NCBI GenBank assembly: GCA_964385825.1
Contig: CAYLPX010000001.1
Coordinates: forward strand, 84,493-148,492
Length of the DNA stretch: 64,000 bases
Source of the DNA: an uncultured Candidatus Saccharibacteria bacterium
GTDB taxonomy: Bacteria; Patescibacteriota; Minisyncoccia; Phycocordibacterales; JAKFXT01
Direction: 5' to 3'
Position 1 is the stretch's first letter. Each line of letters starts with the position of its first letter. Below the pieces are notes generated by a model, which was not told where the DNA came from, ran no database searches, and saw only the letters and a program-made list of their open reading frames with translations. Of the stretch, positions 17,961 through 27,067 are shown piece by piece. The translations under genes and the position numbers were made by a program.

Positions 17961-18425
17961 CTACATTCCCATACCGCCAGTCATGCCGCGGTTCATCATT
18001 TTGTTGTCCATGCTCATCTTGTCAGCACCATGTTTTGCAACAAGGAGAAGGCCACCGATGATTGCTAGGTTCTTGAGAGCGCTTACCCAATCAACTTGGA
18101 AAGGAACTCCAGCTGGAGCTAGCATACTGGTGTGAACAATAAGGGTTGCTATAACGGTGAAGATAATAAGCATCCATGAAGCAAGGCGTGTCTTGTAGCC
18201 AGCAAGGAGTAGAAGCGCTCCACCGAGTTCAAAGACTACTGCAAGGAGTGCCCAAGCTGTACCAGGGAGCACTTTAAGCGCTGTACCTAGGTTGCTTGCA
18301 AGACCAGAGAAGCCCATGACTTTCTGATAGCCTGCCATAATAAAAACTATCGCTATAAATACGCGAGCAATAACTGGAGCCCACATATCTACCTTATCGC
18401 ACCACATCTTACACTTTTCCATCAT
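17961..18425 (-). CDS. DoxX-family membrane protein
   Basis: Four TM segments and a DoxX-like AGYQKVMGF segment. Confidence 0.55.
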   Translation of the reverse strand: MMEKCKMWCDKVDMWAPVIARVFIAIVFIMAGYQKVMGFSGLASNLGTALKVLPGTAWALLAVVFELGGALLLLAGYKTRLASWMLIIFTVIATLIVHTSMLAPAGVPFQVDWVSALKNLAIIGGLLLVAKHGADKMSMDNKMMNRGMTGGMGM

Positions 18426-18587
18426 ATAGATACTTATAATTAATATTCAATAATGAGAGTATTATACTCTAAAAAATGAAGTTGTGGGGCAGGGGAGTGG
18501 ATAAGGTTTATGCTTGGCGTGGCATTTACGAAAATATATTTTCGTGTCGTTATGCCGCCATAAAGAGATGGTGTTATACTTTACTGC

Positions 18588-19130
18588 ATGAAAAAGAAGA
18601 CAGGAGCTGTTAGAAGGGATTCGCAAATAACAGGCTACTGGCTTATGAAGTCAGAGCCGGAAGAGTATTCTTTTGAAGATCTAGAAAATCATAAAAATGG
18701 GGGACGGTGGGATGGGGTACGGAATTACCAGGCCCGGAATTTCCTTCGGGATATGAAGGTTGGGGATAAAGCCCTCTTTTACTACTCCAGCGTTAAAGTT
18801 CCGGCCGTAGTCGGCGTAGCGACCATTGTAGGGGCTCCATATCCCGATCCTACGCAGTTTAACCCCAAGAGTAAGTACTTTGACCCAAAGGCCACAAAAG
18901 ACCGTGCCATATGGGTTTCTAGGGATTTGGCACCTGTGGATAACTTTTTAAGGGGTAAGGAGGGTAGGGGAGTAACGCTCCCCCAAATGAGGGCGAATCC
19001 TAAGCTTTCAGGTATGAGGCTTCTTGCGAGGGGTAACCGGCTCTCAGTTATGCCGGTTACTAAGGCCGAGTTTGAAGAAATAGTAAAAATGGCCAAAAGG
19101 AAGCTCCGGGACCCCCTCTTTTGGGATTAA
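18588..19130 (+). CDS. EVE (PUA-like) domain protein
   Basis: YWLMKSEPEEYSFEDL...WDGVRNYQARNFLRDMKVGDKALFYYS is a classic EVE/DUF55 signature. Confidence 0.65.
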   Translation: MKKKTGAVRRDSQITGYWLMKSEPEEYSFEDLENHKNGGRWDGVRNYQARNFLRDMKVGDKALFYYSSVKVPAVVGVATIVGAPYPDPTQFNPKSKYFDPKATKDRAIWVSRDLAPVDNFLRGKEGRGVTLPQMRANPKLSGMRLLARGNRLSVMPVTKAEFEEIVKMAKRKLRDPLFWD

Positions 19131-19257
19131 GGATGCGGGAATTAATACCTAGCTTGATAAAATTTCGATAGTCTAGTCGAGTAGAAAATCGTGAAACTAT
19201 GGCTCTGTAGAGCCATTTTATGCCTATTGACACCCCCCTAAAATCCTTGTCTAACCA

Positions 19258-19286
19258 TTGACAAAATAAACCAAAGGTGATACAAT
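19258..19286 (+). promoter_or_regulatory. near-consensus sigma70 promoter TTGACA-17-TACAAT driving the 19359 gene
   Basis: Read directly. The leader is about 65 nt. Confidence 0.5.
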
Positions 19287-19358
19287 AATAACAAATCAGA
19301 GTATACCTCTGGTTCTTTCATTTAAGGCTGATCAATTCAATTTCGGAACAACTTAAGT

Positions 19359-19952
19359 TTGAGGGCCAAGCGCCGCATCCCTAAGTGCCTTCTATGGAGA
19401 TTACGAGCTAATAATTGGCTTATTTTAGGAATAGCAACAGGAATTCTTCTCTTCATCTCTAACGCTACTAATAATAATGCTGAAGCCGCTCTACAACCTG
19501 TAGTAGCTACAACTTCAGTTAAGGTAGTAGTTAAAGATAAGAACCCAGTACGTTCAGAATCAAATAAGGGAACTCTTAAGAAAGAAACCCCAGTAGTATT
19601 GTCAGCAAGTTCGACCGAAGTTATCGTTCGTGCGTACTTTGAGGACATACCACAGTTAGCTGAAGTTTCTCGTTGTGAATCAGAATTTCACCAGACTAAT
19701 AAGGATGGAACCATCTATCGTGGTGAAGCCAACCCTAAAGACGTTGGTGTGATGCAAATCAATGAATTCTATCACGCAGAAACTGCAAAGAAGCTTGGTT
19801 TTGACATCTACACGCTAGAAGGAAATATGGCCTATGCTCGTTATATCTACGAGAAACAAGGTATAGCTCCGTGGAGCGCATCAGCTCCATGTTGGAACAA
19901 AAAAGTTTCCCAAATCAATCTAGTCTCAAACGGGCTTGCACTCAATAAGTAA
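19359..19952 (+). CDS. secreted lysozyme-like / SLT-type transglycosylase domain protein
   Basis: Signal peptide. CESEFHQ...GVMQINEFYH matches the SLT-type E-S...GxMQ catalytic motif. The start uses TTG. Confidence 0.45.
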   Translation: MRAKRRIPKCLLWRLRANNWLILGIATGILLFISNATNNNAEAALQPVVATTSVKVVVKDKNPVRSESNKGTLKKETPVVLSASSTEVIVRAYFEDIPQLAEVSRCESEFHQTNKDGTIYRGEANPKDVGVMQINEFYHAETAKKLGFDIYTLEGNMAYARYIYEKQGIAPWSASAPCWNKKVSQINLVSNGLALNK

Positions 19953-19964
19953 AAGACCCAAAAC

Positions 19965-19995
19965 AAAATCCTCCGGCCAAAAGTCGGAGGATTTT
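19965..19995. terminator. bidirectional terminator (aaaatcctccg-gccaaaagt-cggaggatttt)
   Basis: Read directly. Confidence 0.6.
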
Positions 19996-20086
19996 GTTTT
20001 GGAAAACTACACGAAATACAGGGGGATCATGGACGGGGACATGGGTTTTATAAGTTTCCTTCTCTAGTACTAATGTTCGCACAATA

Positions 20087-20196
20087 TATCTTTTGCGTAA
20101 ATAACTATAGGCTATGCCGAGGAGAAAAACTTATCCACTTCCCCGTCTGTAGTAATTTTTTAGTTTGGACGCGGTTCGTTATTTACGCAAAAGATA
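20087..20196. repeat. 18-bp perfect inverted repeat (tatcttttgcgtaaataa / ttatttacgcaaaagata) with a 74-bp spacer, followed by a nested 11-bp inverted repeat gcatgttgtgc/gcacaacatgc (20199-20241) and three copies of gcacaaNat
   Basis: Exact matches read from the sequence. No convincing ORF spans the region. Confidence 0.6.
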
Positions 20197-20306
20197 GCGC
20201 ATGTTGTGCAACAAAGGGTTCCCCTATATCGCACAACATGCTTGGCAAAAAACCTTCTAATTGCATGAATGTTTTTTGCTTAAAATGCACTTAAAATTTT
20301 AATACA

Positions 20307-20333
20307 AAAACAGGGGAGTCTCTCCCCTGTTTT
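20307..20333. repeat. palindromic hairpin aaaacaggggag-tct-ctcccctgtttt, copy 1 (immediately 3' of the 2-TM gene stop; acts as a bidirectional terminator)
   Basis: Identical to copy 2 at 21496-21530 except for one loop base. Confidence 0.7.
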
Positions 20334-20335
20334 AA

Positions 20336-21457
20336 TTAGTCACCAGTTTTTTGAGTTTTAAGTAGATTTACTAACTCTAGTATTAATTGCTTATCATATT
20401 TAATTTTGTTCTCAATTACCGGCTCCGTAAAAATTACGTTTAAACTTCTTAATAATATTGGATCTTTTGCGGGCTCATTTGATGGAAATTGATTTCTCAG
20501 ATTTATCATTGTCTGAGTCGCAACATCTTTAAAGGAGTATGCCTCATAAAGGCGTCGATGGTTTGAATATTGTTGTGCGCTGAAAATAGTAAAGTAAGCT
20601 GGAATTAGAAGAATAGCGAAATGTAAAAGGGCTGATCCTATACTTATATTCTCACCGCTACGTATTAGTAATAGTAAACTAAGGGCAACAATTGTTGCTC
20701 CAAACAATGAGCTAAGCAGGAGCCAAAATATAGAGCCACTAGGATACGGGATTTTAAATTTATTAAAAAATGGGGTCTTTAGCCAATTAATTTTAAGTGT
20801 TTTGTGTTCTGCGGCTTTTTTAGCCGAATCAGTTGCATTTGCTTTTAATATTAAACTCACTGCCTCCTTATCTTTTTCAATTAAGTCCCTTGCACGTTCT
20901 AAGGCTAGTTTAATTAAATCCGCATTCTCAATTAATTCATCGATTAGCTCCTCTGTTGGTGAAAATTTATTTTTTAATTCTGTAAGTTCAGCTGCAATAT
21001 TTTTAATATTATCTTTTTCAATATCCCACTCATTTTTAAAAGATTTTAAAATTACATCGTATTTATTTTCGAATAAATCTTCAATAAAATTTTTATCTAG
21101 AAAGTCTGATTGCTGGGTGAATAAAAAATGATAACGGCCTAAGCTATTATAAATTTCAACCTCAAGACCTTTTAAATCATTAATTAATTCTTGTCTACGA
21201 GGTACATCTAGGAATGTAATAACTCTACTATCGATAAAGGTGAGTAAGGATTGAAGGGAATTGTTAATTTGGCTTTGAATTGTTGCTGGGAGTGTGCTAA
21301 TTATCTGATTTGATACTATATTGTCAAAAAAACTTTTTAATCTTTTAAAAACTGGTTCAGTATCGCTAAGGTCGCCAGTGGGACCAAGATCTTTTCTACT
21401 AAGTCTTGCCCAGTCAATTAAACCATAGCGCTCAAATTTTTGGTATATATCTTGCAT
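20336..21457 (-). CDS. hypothetical protein (about 373 aa). N-terminal 230-aa helical cytoplasmic domain, two TM helices and an 80-aa C-tail. Very AT-rich codon usage.
   Basis: Long ORF with local GC near 30%, well below neighbouring genes. TM segments are WLLLSSLFGATIVALSLLLLI and LLHFAILLIPAYFTIF. The start is ATG 21457 or TTG 21463. Confidence 0.55.
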   Translation of the reverse strand: MQDIYQKFERYGLIDWARLSRKDLGPTGDLSDTEPVFKRLKSFFDNIVSNQIISTLPATIQSQINNSLQSLLTFIDSRVITFLDVPRRQELINDLKGLEVEIYNSLGRYHFLFTQQSDFLDKNFIEDLFENKYDVILKSFKNEWDIEKDNIKNIAAELTELKNKFSPTEELIDELIENADLIKLALERARDLIEKDKEAVSLILKANATDSAKKAAEHKTLKINWLKTPFFNKFKIPYPSGSIFWLLLSSLFGATIVALSLLLLIRSGENISIGSALLHFAILLIPAYFTIFSAQQYSNHRRLYEAYSFKDVATQTMINLRNQFPSNEPAKDPILLRSLNVIFTEPVIENKIKYDKQLILELVNLLKTQKTGD

Positions 21458-21495
21458 ACTCAATTTAGTCGAAGTCTACACCTGTCCTAAAAAAA

Positions 21496-21530
21496 GTCAA
21501 AAACAGGGGAGCCTCTCCCCTGTTTTTGAC
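21496..21530. repeat. palindromic hairpin gtcaaaaacaggggag-cct-ctcccctgtttttgac, copy 2, with a partial third half-repeat tcccctgttt at 21531-21540
   Basis: Direct repeat of the 20307-20333 element flanking the AT-rich gene. Confidence 0.7.
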
Positions 21531-21551
21531 TCCCCTGTTTGTTCTTTTAAA

Positions 21552-21872
21552 CTATTGGCCTAAATCTACCTTTGGTGGATCAATGGCTGTGGGTCTGCCA
21601 GCCTTGAGATCCTCTAAGGCCCCAATGAATGGAGTCCAGATAAGCTTGATGAAAACGTCGTTATAGAGGTAGGTAGCAGGTTTTTCTAGGTAGTGGGACC
21701 AGATGCCTACACTAAGATCTCTAACATAACCAAAGTTACTCTGACCAGTTGGTGAGTCTACGATACCCTTGAGGCTAATGCCAAAATAGCTGATTGAAAG
21801 CAGGGCGATAATAAGGAGTACGAGAAGGCCGATGATTCCTTTATTTGTTTGACGAGCACCAACTTGATTCAT
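21552..21872 (-). CDS. hypothetical small membrane-anchored protein (106 aa)
   Basis: N-terminal TM segment and a conserved-looking soluble domain. No family recognised. Confidence 0.4.
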   Translation of the reverse strand: MNQVGARQTNKGIIGLLVLLIIALLSISYFGISLKGIVDSPTGQSNFGYVRDLSVGIWSHYLEKPATYLYNDVFIKLIWTPFIGALEDLKAGRPTAIDPPKVDLGQ

Positions 21873-21920
21873 ATCGATATTTTATAGCAAAGGTGTCTTG
21901 TTACCAACAAAGTTCTCCAC

Positions 21921-23264
21921 TTATAAATAAAGCATTGGGTTAAGGTAGGCCTTGTAGTCTGCAACGGGTACAGTGTAGGTGCCGCTGCAGATTTTACTTT
22001 TAAGACTAACGACGCGTACACCTTGAGAAGCAAAAAGTCCAAAGTGTAAGTGTGGCCCTGTAACGTAACCAGTTGAACCCGAGTAGCCGATCAGGTCTCC
22101 AGTTTCTACCTGATCTCCCGCTACGGCCTTAATTAGTGAGAGGTGCGCGTAGACAGTTGAGAGTCCGTTACCGTGTTTTATAAAAACCCACTTTCCATAA
22201 GAGGCTCCTGGACAAACGGTATCCGTATTCCCAGTGCCAACAACCATACCAGCAAGCGCCGCATACACAGGAGTACCCACATAGGCCTTGAGGTCTATAC
22301 CATTGTGACCCTTACCACCGTAGGCTCCGTTATGAGCCTTAGCGAATTCGGTATCGCCAAAGAGTTGCGTAACTACGAACTCTTTAAGTGGTGAATGGAG
22401 CACTTTGGCTGGAGTTGGGTAGCTACTCGGGTCAATGGTAAGTTTCAGTTGGGATTCATAATCATCAAGCTCCTTCTGCAGTGCCAGTCGTCTAGTTTCG
22501 CTTTCAGCCACCATTTTTTTGTAGGTTGCTTCCGTATTCTTACTTTGAGTGAGTAGCTCGTTTGTTTGGCTCTTGTTTATTTCAACGATTTTTTTCTGAT
22601 CGGCTAACTGTGCGCGCAAACTAATAAGTTCACGTTTCTTTTTTTCGGTACTGGTTTTAGTGTTGGTAAGATCAGTTTTGGCAGCAGAGAGTTTAGTTAC
22701 TTGGGTTTTGATACCGCCTTGAAGCTCTGCTAATTGGTTCTCGGCATTCCACGCCTCGGTGATGCTCTTTTGGCGAAGAAGTGTTTCTACAAAGGGAGTA
22801 GAGTCATTTTCGTGTAGCCGCATAAGTGATGCCCGAAGACCATCAAGCTCTGTGTTTATGGCATCTTCTTTGTTTGAAATCTGACCGGTTAAACTTTCTA
22901 TAGATAGGGTGGCCGCATCTATTTTATTCTCGGTGATTGAGATATCAGCAGCCAGTTTTTTGCGATTGAGTTCAAGCACGGTTAGGGCACTTTGGAGGGT
23001 TTTGCCTTGCTTGTTGGCTTTTTGCATTTCATCTTGGAACTGCTTTATATTGCGCTCAAGGTCAGCGATGTCTTTGTTCTTTGCGTCGATTTTGGCTCGC
23101 AGTTCATCAACAGGGTTCGGTGCTTCAGAAATGGTTACTGGTGTTGTGCTACTTGTATCAGTACTCACTGTTTCAGCAAGAAGTGTATATAGTGGGAAGC
23201 AAAAGGTGCTTGATACTAGCATACCGAGAAGGAAGTGTGTCTTTTTCGGTAGTAGTGTACGCAT
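21921..23264 (-). CDS. M23-family peptidase with N-terminal coiled coil (EnvC/LytM-like)
   Basis: Signal peptide, a long coiled coil and the C-terminal LytM motifs HNGIDL...GSTGYVTGPHLHF. Confidence 0.8.
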   Translation of the reverse strand: MRTLLPKKTHFLLGMLVSSTFCFPLYTLLAETVSTDTSSTTPVTISEAPNPVDELRAKIDAKNKDIADLERNIKQFQDEMQKANKQGKTLQSALTVLELNRKKLAADISITENKIDAATLSIESLTGQISNKEDAINTELDGLRASLMRLHENDSTPFVETLLRQKSITEAWNAENQLAELQGGIKTQVTKLSAAKTDLTNTKTSTEKKKRELISLRAQLADQKKIVEINKSQTNELLTQSKNTEATYKKMVAESETRRLALQKELDDYESQLKLTIDPSSYPTPAKVLHSPLKEFVVTQLFGDTEFAKAHNGAYGGKGHNGIDLKAYVGTPVYAALAGMVVGTGNTDTVCPGASYGKWVFIKHGNGLSTVYAHLSLIKAVAGDQVETGDLIGYSGSTGYVTGPHLHFGLFASQGVRVVSLKSKICSGTYTVPVADYKAYLNPMLYL

Positions 23265-23270
23265 AGGCTT

Positions 23271-24698
23271 TTAATTGGGCATAGTAGTAGAGAGGAGGCT
23301 GAGTGCGGTAGTAAGGCGCAGAAGGGTTTCAGTTTTGCCAAGTACGTGGGACAGGGTGAATGGGTCGGCAGATTTTTCTTTTCCGGATAGGGCAAAGCGA
23401 AGTGGCCAGAGTACCTGTGCCCTCCCCGCCTCTGTAGCATAGTCCCACAAGGTGTTTTTAACGGTATCTTTATTCCAAGCAGTTTCATCAAGCGCTTCTA
23501 GAAACTCTTTAACTTTTTTCAAATGCCCCGCTGTACTTTCGAGAGTAACGGACTCCCCTTTTTTTGCTTTGGGTAGTAACTGCTGTACTTCAAAGGTTGG
23601 CTTGGCGAAGAAGTAGGTTAAGTCCCCTTCTTCAGCAAGCGTTGTTACATCGTTAAATGTATTGATTCGCTCTTTGATATCGGGAAGAGCGCGGCTGAAA
23701 CGTTCCTCGTTCCATTCAGGGAGTGCTTTTATAGAGTCAGGTAGAAAGATGAGTACCTGTTTTTTAAAATCACTATCAGAAAGTTTTTTAATATGTTCAC
23801 GGTTAAACCAAATTAGTTTTTCAATATCAAAGATAGCACCGGCCTTCTGAATTCGCTCAAGAGTAAAAGCTTCTACCAGTTCCTCACGGGTAAATACTTC
23901 TTGAGTAGTTCCTGGATTCCAGCCAAGAAGCGCTAGATAGTTTATAAATGCATCAGGGAGAATACCCATCTTTCGGTACTCTGAAACCGGGACTGAACCA
24001 TTGCGCTTACTCAGTTTTGAACGATCGCTGCCGAGGATAAATGGGAAGTGACAGTATGTTGGGCGGGGTGCTCCGATAGCTTCTTGAATTAGGATTTGGC
24101 GGGGAGTGTTGTAGATACCATCTTCTCCACGAATGATGTGAGTAACCCCCATTTCGAAATCATCTATAACCACAGCCAAGTGATAGAGCGGTTCCTCAAT
24201 AGTGCGTGCAATCACGAAGTCCCCTAGCTCAGTTGTGTCCACATTAATTTCTCCACGTAAAAGATCGGTAAAGGTTACAACCTTATTCGGGTTCTTAAAG
24301 CGAATAACCCGTTTGGTGTCATGTACTTCTCTAGGGCTTCCATCTTCCTCTTCGTCTTCACCTTCGCTCCCTTCTCTCTCGTTAATGACCGTACTTTCCT
24401 CTGAAAGATAAGCTTTGCCCTCTCCCAGCATTTTTTCAATATGTTTTTGGTAAATGAGAGTGCGCTCAGACTGATGGTAGACTTCACTGAAGGTAAGGCC
24501 AAGCCATTCTAGGGTTTCAAAAATATTTTGCTCGTACTCCTTTTTTGAACGAGCTTTGTCAGTGTCTTCCCAACGAAGAATAGTTTTACCACCATTCTTT
24601 TTAGCAAAGAGATAGTTAAGGAGTGCAGTTTTTGCCGTACCTACATGTATGAGGCCAGTTGGACTTGGTGGGAAACGGGTAATAATAGACATAGGCAA
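23271..24698 (-). CDS. gltX: glutamate--tRNA ligase
   Basis: PSPTGLIHVG (HIGH) and KLSKR (KMSKS). Contains an acidic insertion EREGSEGEDEEEDG. Confidence 0.9.
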   Translation of the reverse strand: MPMSIITRFPPSPTGLIHVGTAKTALLNYLFAKKNGGKTILRWEDTDKARSKKEYEQNIFETLEWLGLTFSEVYHQSERTLIYQKHIEKMLGEGKAYLSEESTVINEREGSEGEDEEEDGSPREVHDTKRVIRFKNPNKVVTFTDLLRGEINVDTTELGDFVIARTIEEPLYHLAVVIDDFEMGVTHIIRGEDGIYNTPRQILIQEAIGAPRPTYCHFPFILGSDRSKLSKRNGSVPVSEYRKMGILPDAFINYLALLGWNPGTTQEVFTREELVEAFTLERIQKAGAIFDIEKLIWFNREHIKKLSDSDFKKQVLIFLPDSIKALPEWNEERFSRALPDIKERINTFNDVTTLAEEGDLTYFFAKPTFEVQQLLPKAKKGESVTLESTAGHLKKVKEFLEALDETAWNKDTVKNTLWDYATEAGRAQVLWPLRFALSGKEKSADPFTLSHVLGKTETLLRLTTALSLLSTTMPN

Positions 24699-24707
24699 AA
24701 TGGTGTA

Positions 24708-25838
24708 TTAGTTAGTCTCGTGTGAGAGTGCAATGGTAAAAATAGCACGAGCCAACTTTTCGGCTGCGTCTCCCTTGTGAAATGCCTTGGCGGCTTCGTG
24801 CATACGCTGTCTCCCTTCAGTATCAGCCATGAGACGGTTGATTTCGTAAAGAAGGAGGTGTGGAGTAAGGTTTTTTTCTTCAATAGCAATACCGGCATTA
24901 CTTCTTGCATAGGCAAAGGCATTTTTAGTTTGATCGTGACTGATATCCTCTGGGATAGGAATGACAATTGCAGGAACTCCCCATGAAGCGATTTCAAAAA
25001 GGGATGATCCAGCTCGGCTAACCACTAAGGAAGCCACTCCGGCGCTCATGCGCAGAGCCAGTTCGTTGAGGTAGCTAAAGGGTTTGTAGCGAGTGATATT
25101 AGGATTGCCTTCAAGTACAACTCCTGCAGTTCCAGCCACTTCCTTAAAATTTTTCTCACCAGTTTGATGAATAATCTGATAATTTTCCAAAAGCTGTGGT
25201 AAGCATTCAAGAAGAGCGCTATTTATTTTTTCAGCTCCTTGTGATCCACCGAGAATTAGGATAGTTGGGATACTTGGATCAAGCTTCAGAAAATCATACG
25301 CACCTTCTTTAATTGGTACCATAACATCCTTGCGTATAGGGAGTCCCGTCCAGACAGCTTTTCCTTTGGGGAAGTATTCAGCAGCTTCTGGGTAGGCAAC
25401 GGCAATTTGAGTAGCGAACTTACCTGCCCAAGCATTAACTCGGCCGGGTTTAGAATCCGATTCATGGATAATAACGGGAATACGGAATAGTTTGGCTGCA
25501 AGAAGTGCTGGGAAACTCCCCGCTCCACCCTTGCCAAAAACAACGTCGGGGTAAATAGCAAAAACGGAATACATAGCTTTCAAAACGCCAGCCGCAGTCT
25601 TGAATAGGTCAAAAAAGTTAGCAATGGAGAAGTAGCGACGGAGCTTCCCTACTGGGGCATAAATATAGGTTATATTGTTTTCAAACAAAAGCCGGCTGTC
25701 GTAGGGGGTTGGTGACATGAAATAAAGCTCAGGCGGTAGCGTATGCTCCGCCTTTGACATTTCTTGTATTTCCTTGGCTACTGCAATAATCGGGTAAAAA
25801 TGCCCGCCAGTAACCCCTCCTGCAAAAAGAATTTTCAT
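24708..25838 (-). CDS. murG: undecaprenyldiphospho-muramoylpentapeptide beta-N-acetylglucosaminyltransferase MurG
   Basis: N-terminal GGTGGH motif and GT-B fold similarity. Confidence 0.9.
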   Translation of the reverse strand: MKILFAGGVTGGHFYPIIAVAKEIQEMSKAEHTLPPELYFMSPTPYDSRLLFENNITYIYAPVGKLRRYFSIANFFDLFKTAAGVLKAMYSVFAIYPDVVFGKGGAGSFPALLAAKLFRIPVIIHESDSKPGRVNAWAGKFATQIAVAYPEAAEYFPKGKAVWTGLPIRKDVMVPIKEGAYDFLKLDPSIPTILILGGSQGAEKINSALLECLPQLLENYQIIHQTGEKNFKEVAGTAGVVLEGNPNITRYKPFSYLNELALRMSAGVASLVVSRAGSSLFEIASWGVPAIVIPIPEDISHDQTKNAFAYARSNAGIAIEEKNLTPHLLLYEINRLMADTEGRQRMHEAAKAFHKGDAAEKLARAIFTIALSHETN

Positions 25839-25948
25839 GAGAATTGATGAAAACTGCGGTTTTTAAGTAGCAAACAGTAAGTATGTGTTCCGAGCCAATG
25901 CGTACCAACAGTGGCCATAATTATAGCAAAAAGTAGCCTTTTTTTCAC

Positions 25949-27067
25949 CTATTTCTTGGTACTATGACGAGAAATACTGAGGAGTATACCGGCTTCCGCA
26001 AGAGCGGTGAGTAGTGCTGTTCCCCCTTGGCTTACGAAAATAAGAGGCTTACCGGTTAGTGGAAAAAGAGCCAGCATAGAAGCAATATTTAAAAGGGATT
26101 GTGCACTAATTAGGGTTACTATTCCCACCCCAAGCAGTATGCCGAATAGATCAGGAGCATGGATTGAAGTGCGTATTCCGCGTAAGGTGAAGGCTACAAA
26201 AAGAAGAATGAGGAAAGCACTCCCAATAAAGCCGAACTCTTCTCCCGTTACAGCAAAAATAGAATCACCCACTGGCTCTGGCAAGTATTGGAATTTTTGT
26301 ACACTTTGCCCGAATCCTTTTCCAAAAAGTCCTCCTGATCCAATTGCTATGAGGGATTGGTTCACTTGGTAGCCCGCTCCCCTAATATCAGCTTTTTCAA
26401 AATTGACGAAGGTCATAATGCGCTCCTTCACATAGGGCCTTGCCATAATAATTATTCCCCCTCCCAGTATCGCTATGACAACAAGCATTAAAATATAGCG
26501 CCATGGGCAGCCGGCTAGGAAAAGCATAGCAAACCCCGCTATACCCATAATGAAAAAATCGATTGTATCAGGTTGGAGGAGGAAAACAGCGCCAGTTATG
26601 GCTGTCAGAATTATAAATGGCATAAGCCCTAGTTTGAAAACCTGACTCTGATTTTTGATAGTGGAGAGCCAGGTTGCAAGATAGATAACAAAAGCGATTT
26701 TAAGTAACTCGCCAGGTTGGAATGAAATAGGACCAAACTCCAGCCAGCGGGTAGCCCCTCCGTGGGTAACTCCAAAATGAGGGATAAAGACAAGCGCAGT
26801 TAAGGCAAGTGCTCCCACGAAAAAGTAGAAGGCGTATTTGCGCCAAAAGCGATATGGAATAAGTGAAGTAACAAATAGGGCTACTCCTCCAAAAAGGATG
26901 CCATACACAAACTGTTTGATAACAACAGCACCAAATTGAGCCCCTTCACGAGCCAAAAGACCCATTGAAGCAGAAGAAAAGATAATGAACCCCGTAGTAA
27001 TCAGTATTAGTAAGATACCAAACAGTAACTTATCCGGTGCGTGGGTGCTCCGCATGGCGTTATCCAA
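25949..27067 (-). CDS. ftsW: SEDS-family peptidoglycan polymerase FtsW/RodA
   Basis: Ten TM segments and SEDS conserved blocks. It sits in the murG-ftsW-mraY context. Confidence 0.85.
   Translation of the reverse strand: MDNAMRSTHAPDKLLFGILLILITTGFIIFSSASMGLLAREGAQFGAVVIKQFVYGILFGGVALFVTSLIPYRFWRKYAFYFFVGALALTALVFIPHFGVTHGGATRWLEFGPISFQPGELLKIAFVIYLATWLSTIKNQSQVFKLGLMPFIILTAITGAVFLLQPDTIDFFIMGIAGFAMLFLAGCPWRYILMLVVIAILGGGIIIMARPYVKERIMTFVNFEKADIRGAGYQVNQSLIAIGSGGLFGKGFGQSVQKFQYLPEPVGDSIFAVTGEEFGFIGSAFLILLFVAFTLRGIRTSIHAPDLFGILLGVGIVTLISAQSLLNIASMLALFPLTGKPLIFVSQGGTALLTALAEAGILLSISRHSTKK

Noticed and set aside
20073-20294. 73-aa Cys-rich ORF on the plus strand
   Set aside because: It has no SD, spans nested inverted repeats and has an odd composition, so the region is more likely non-coding.
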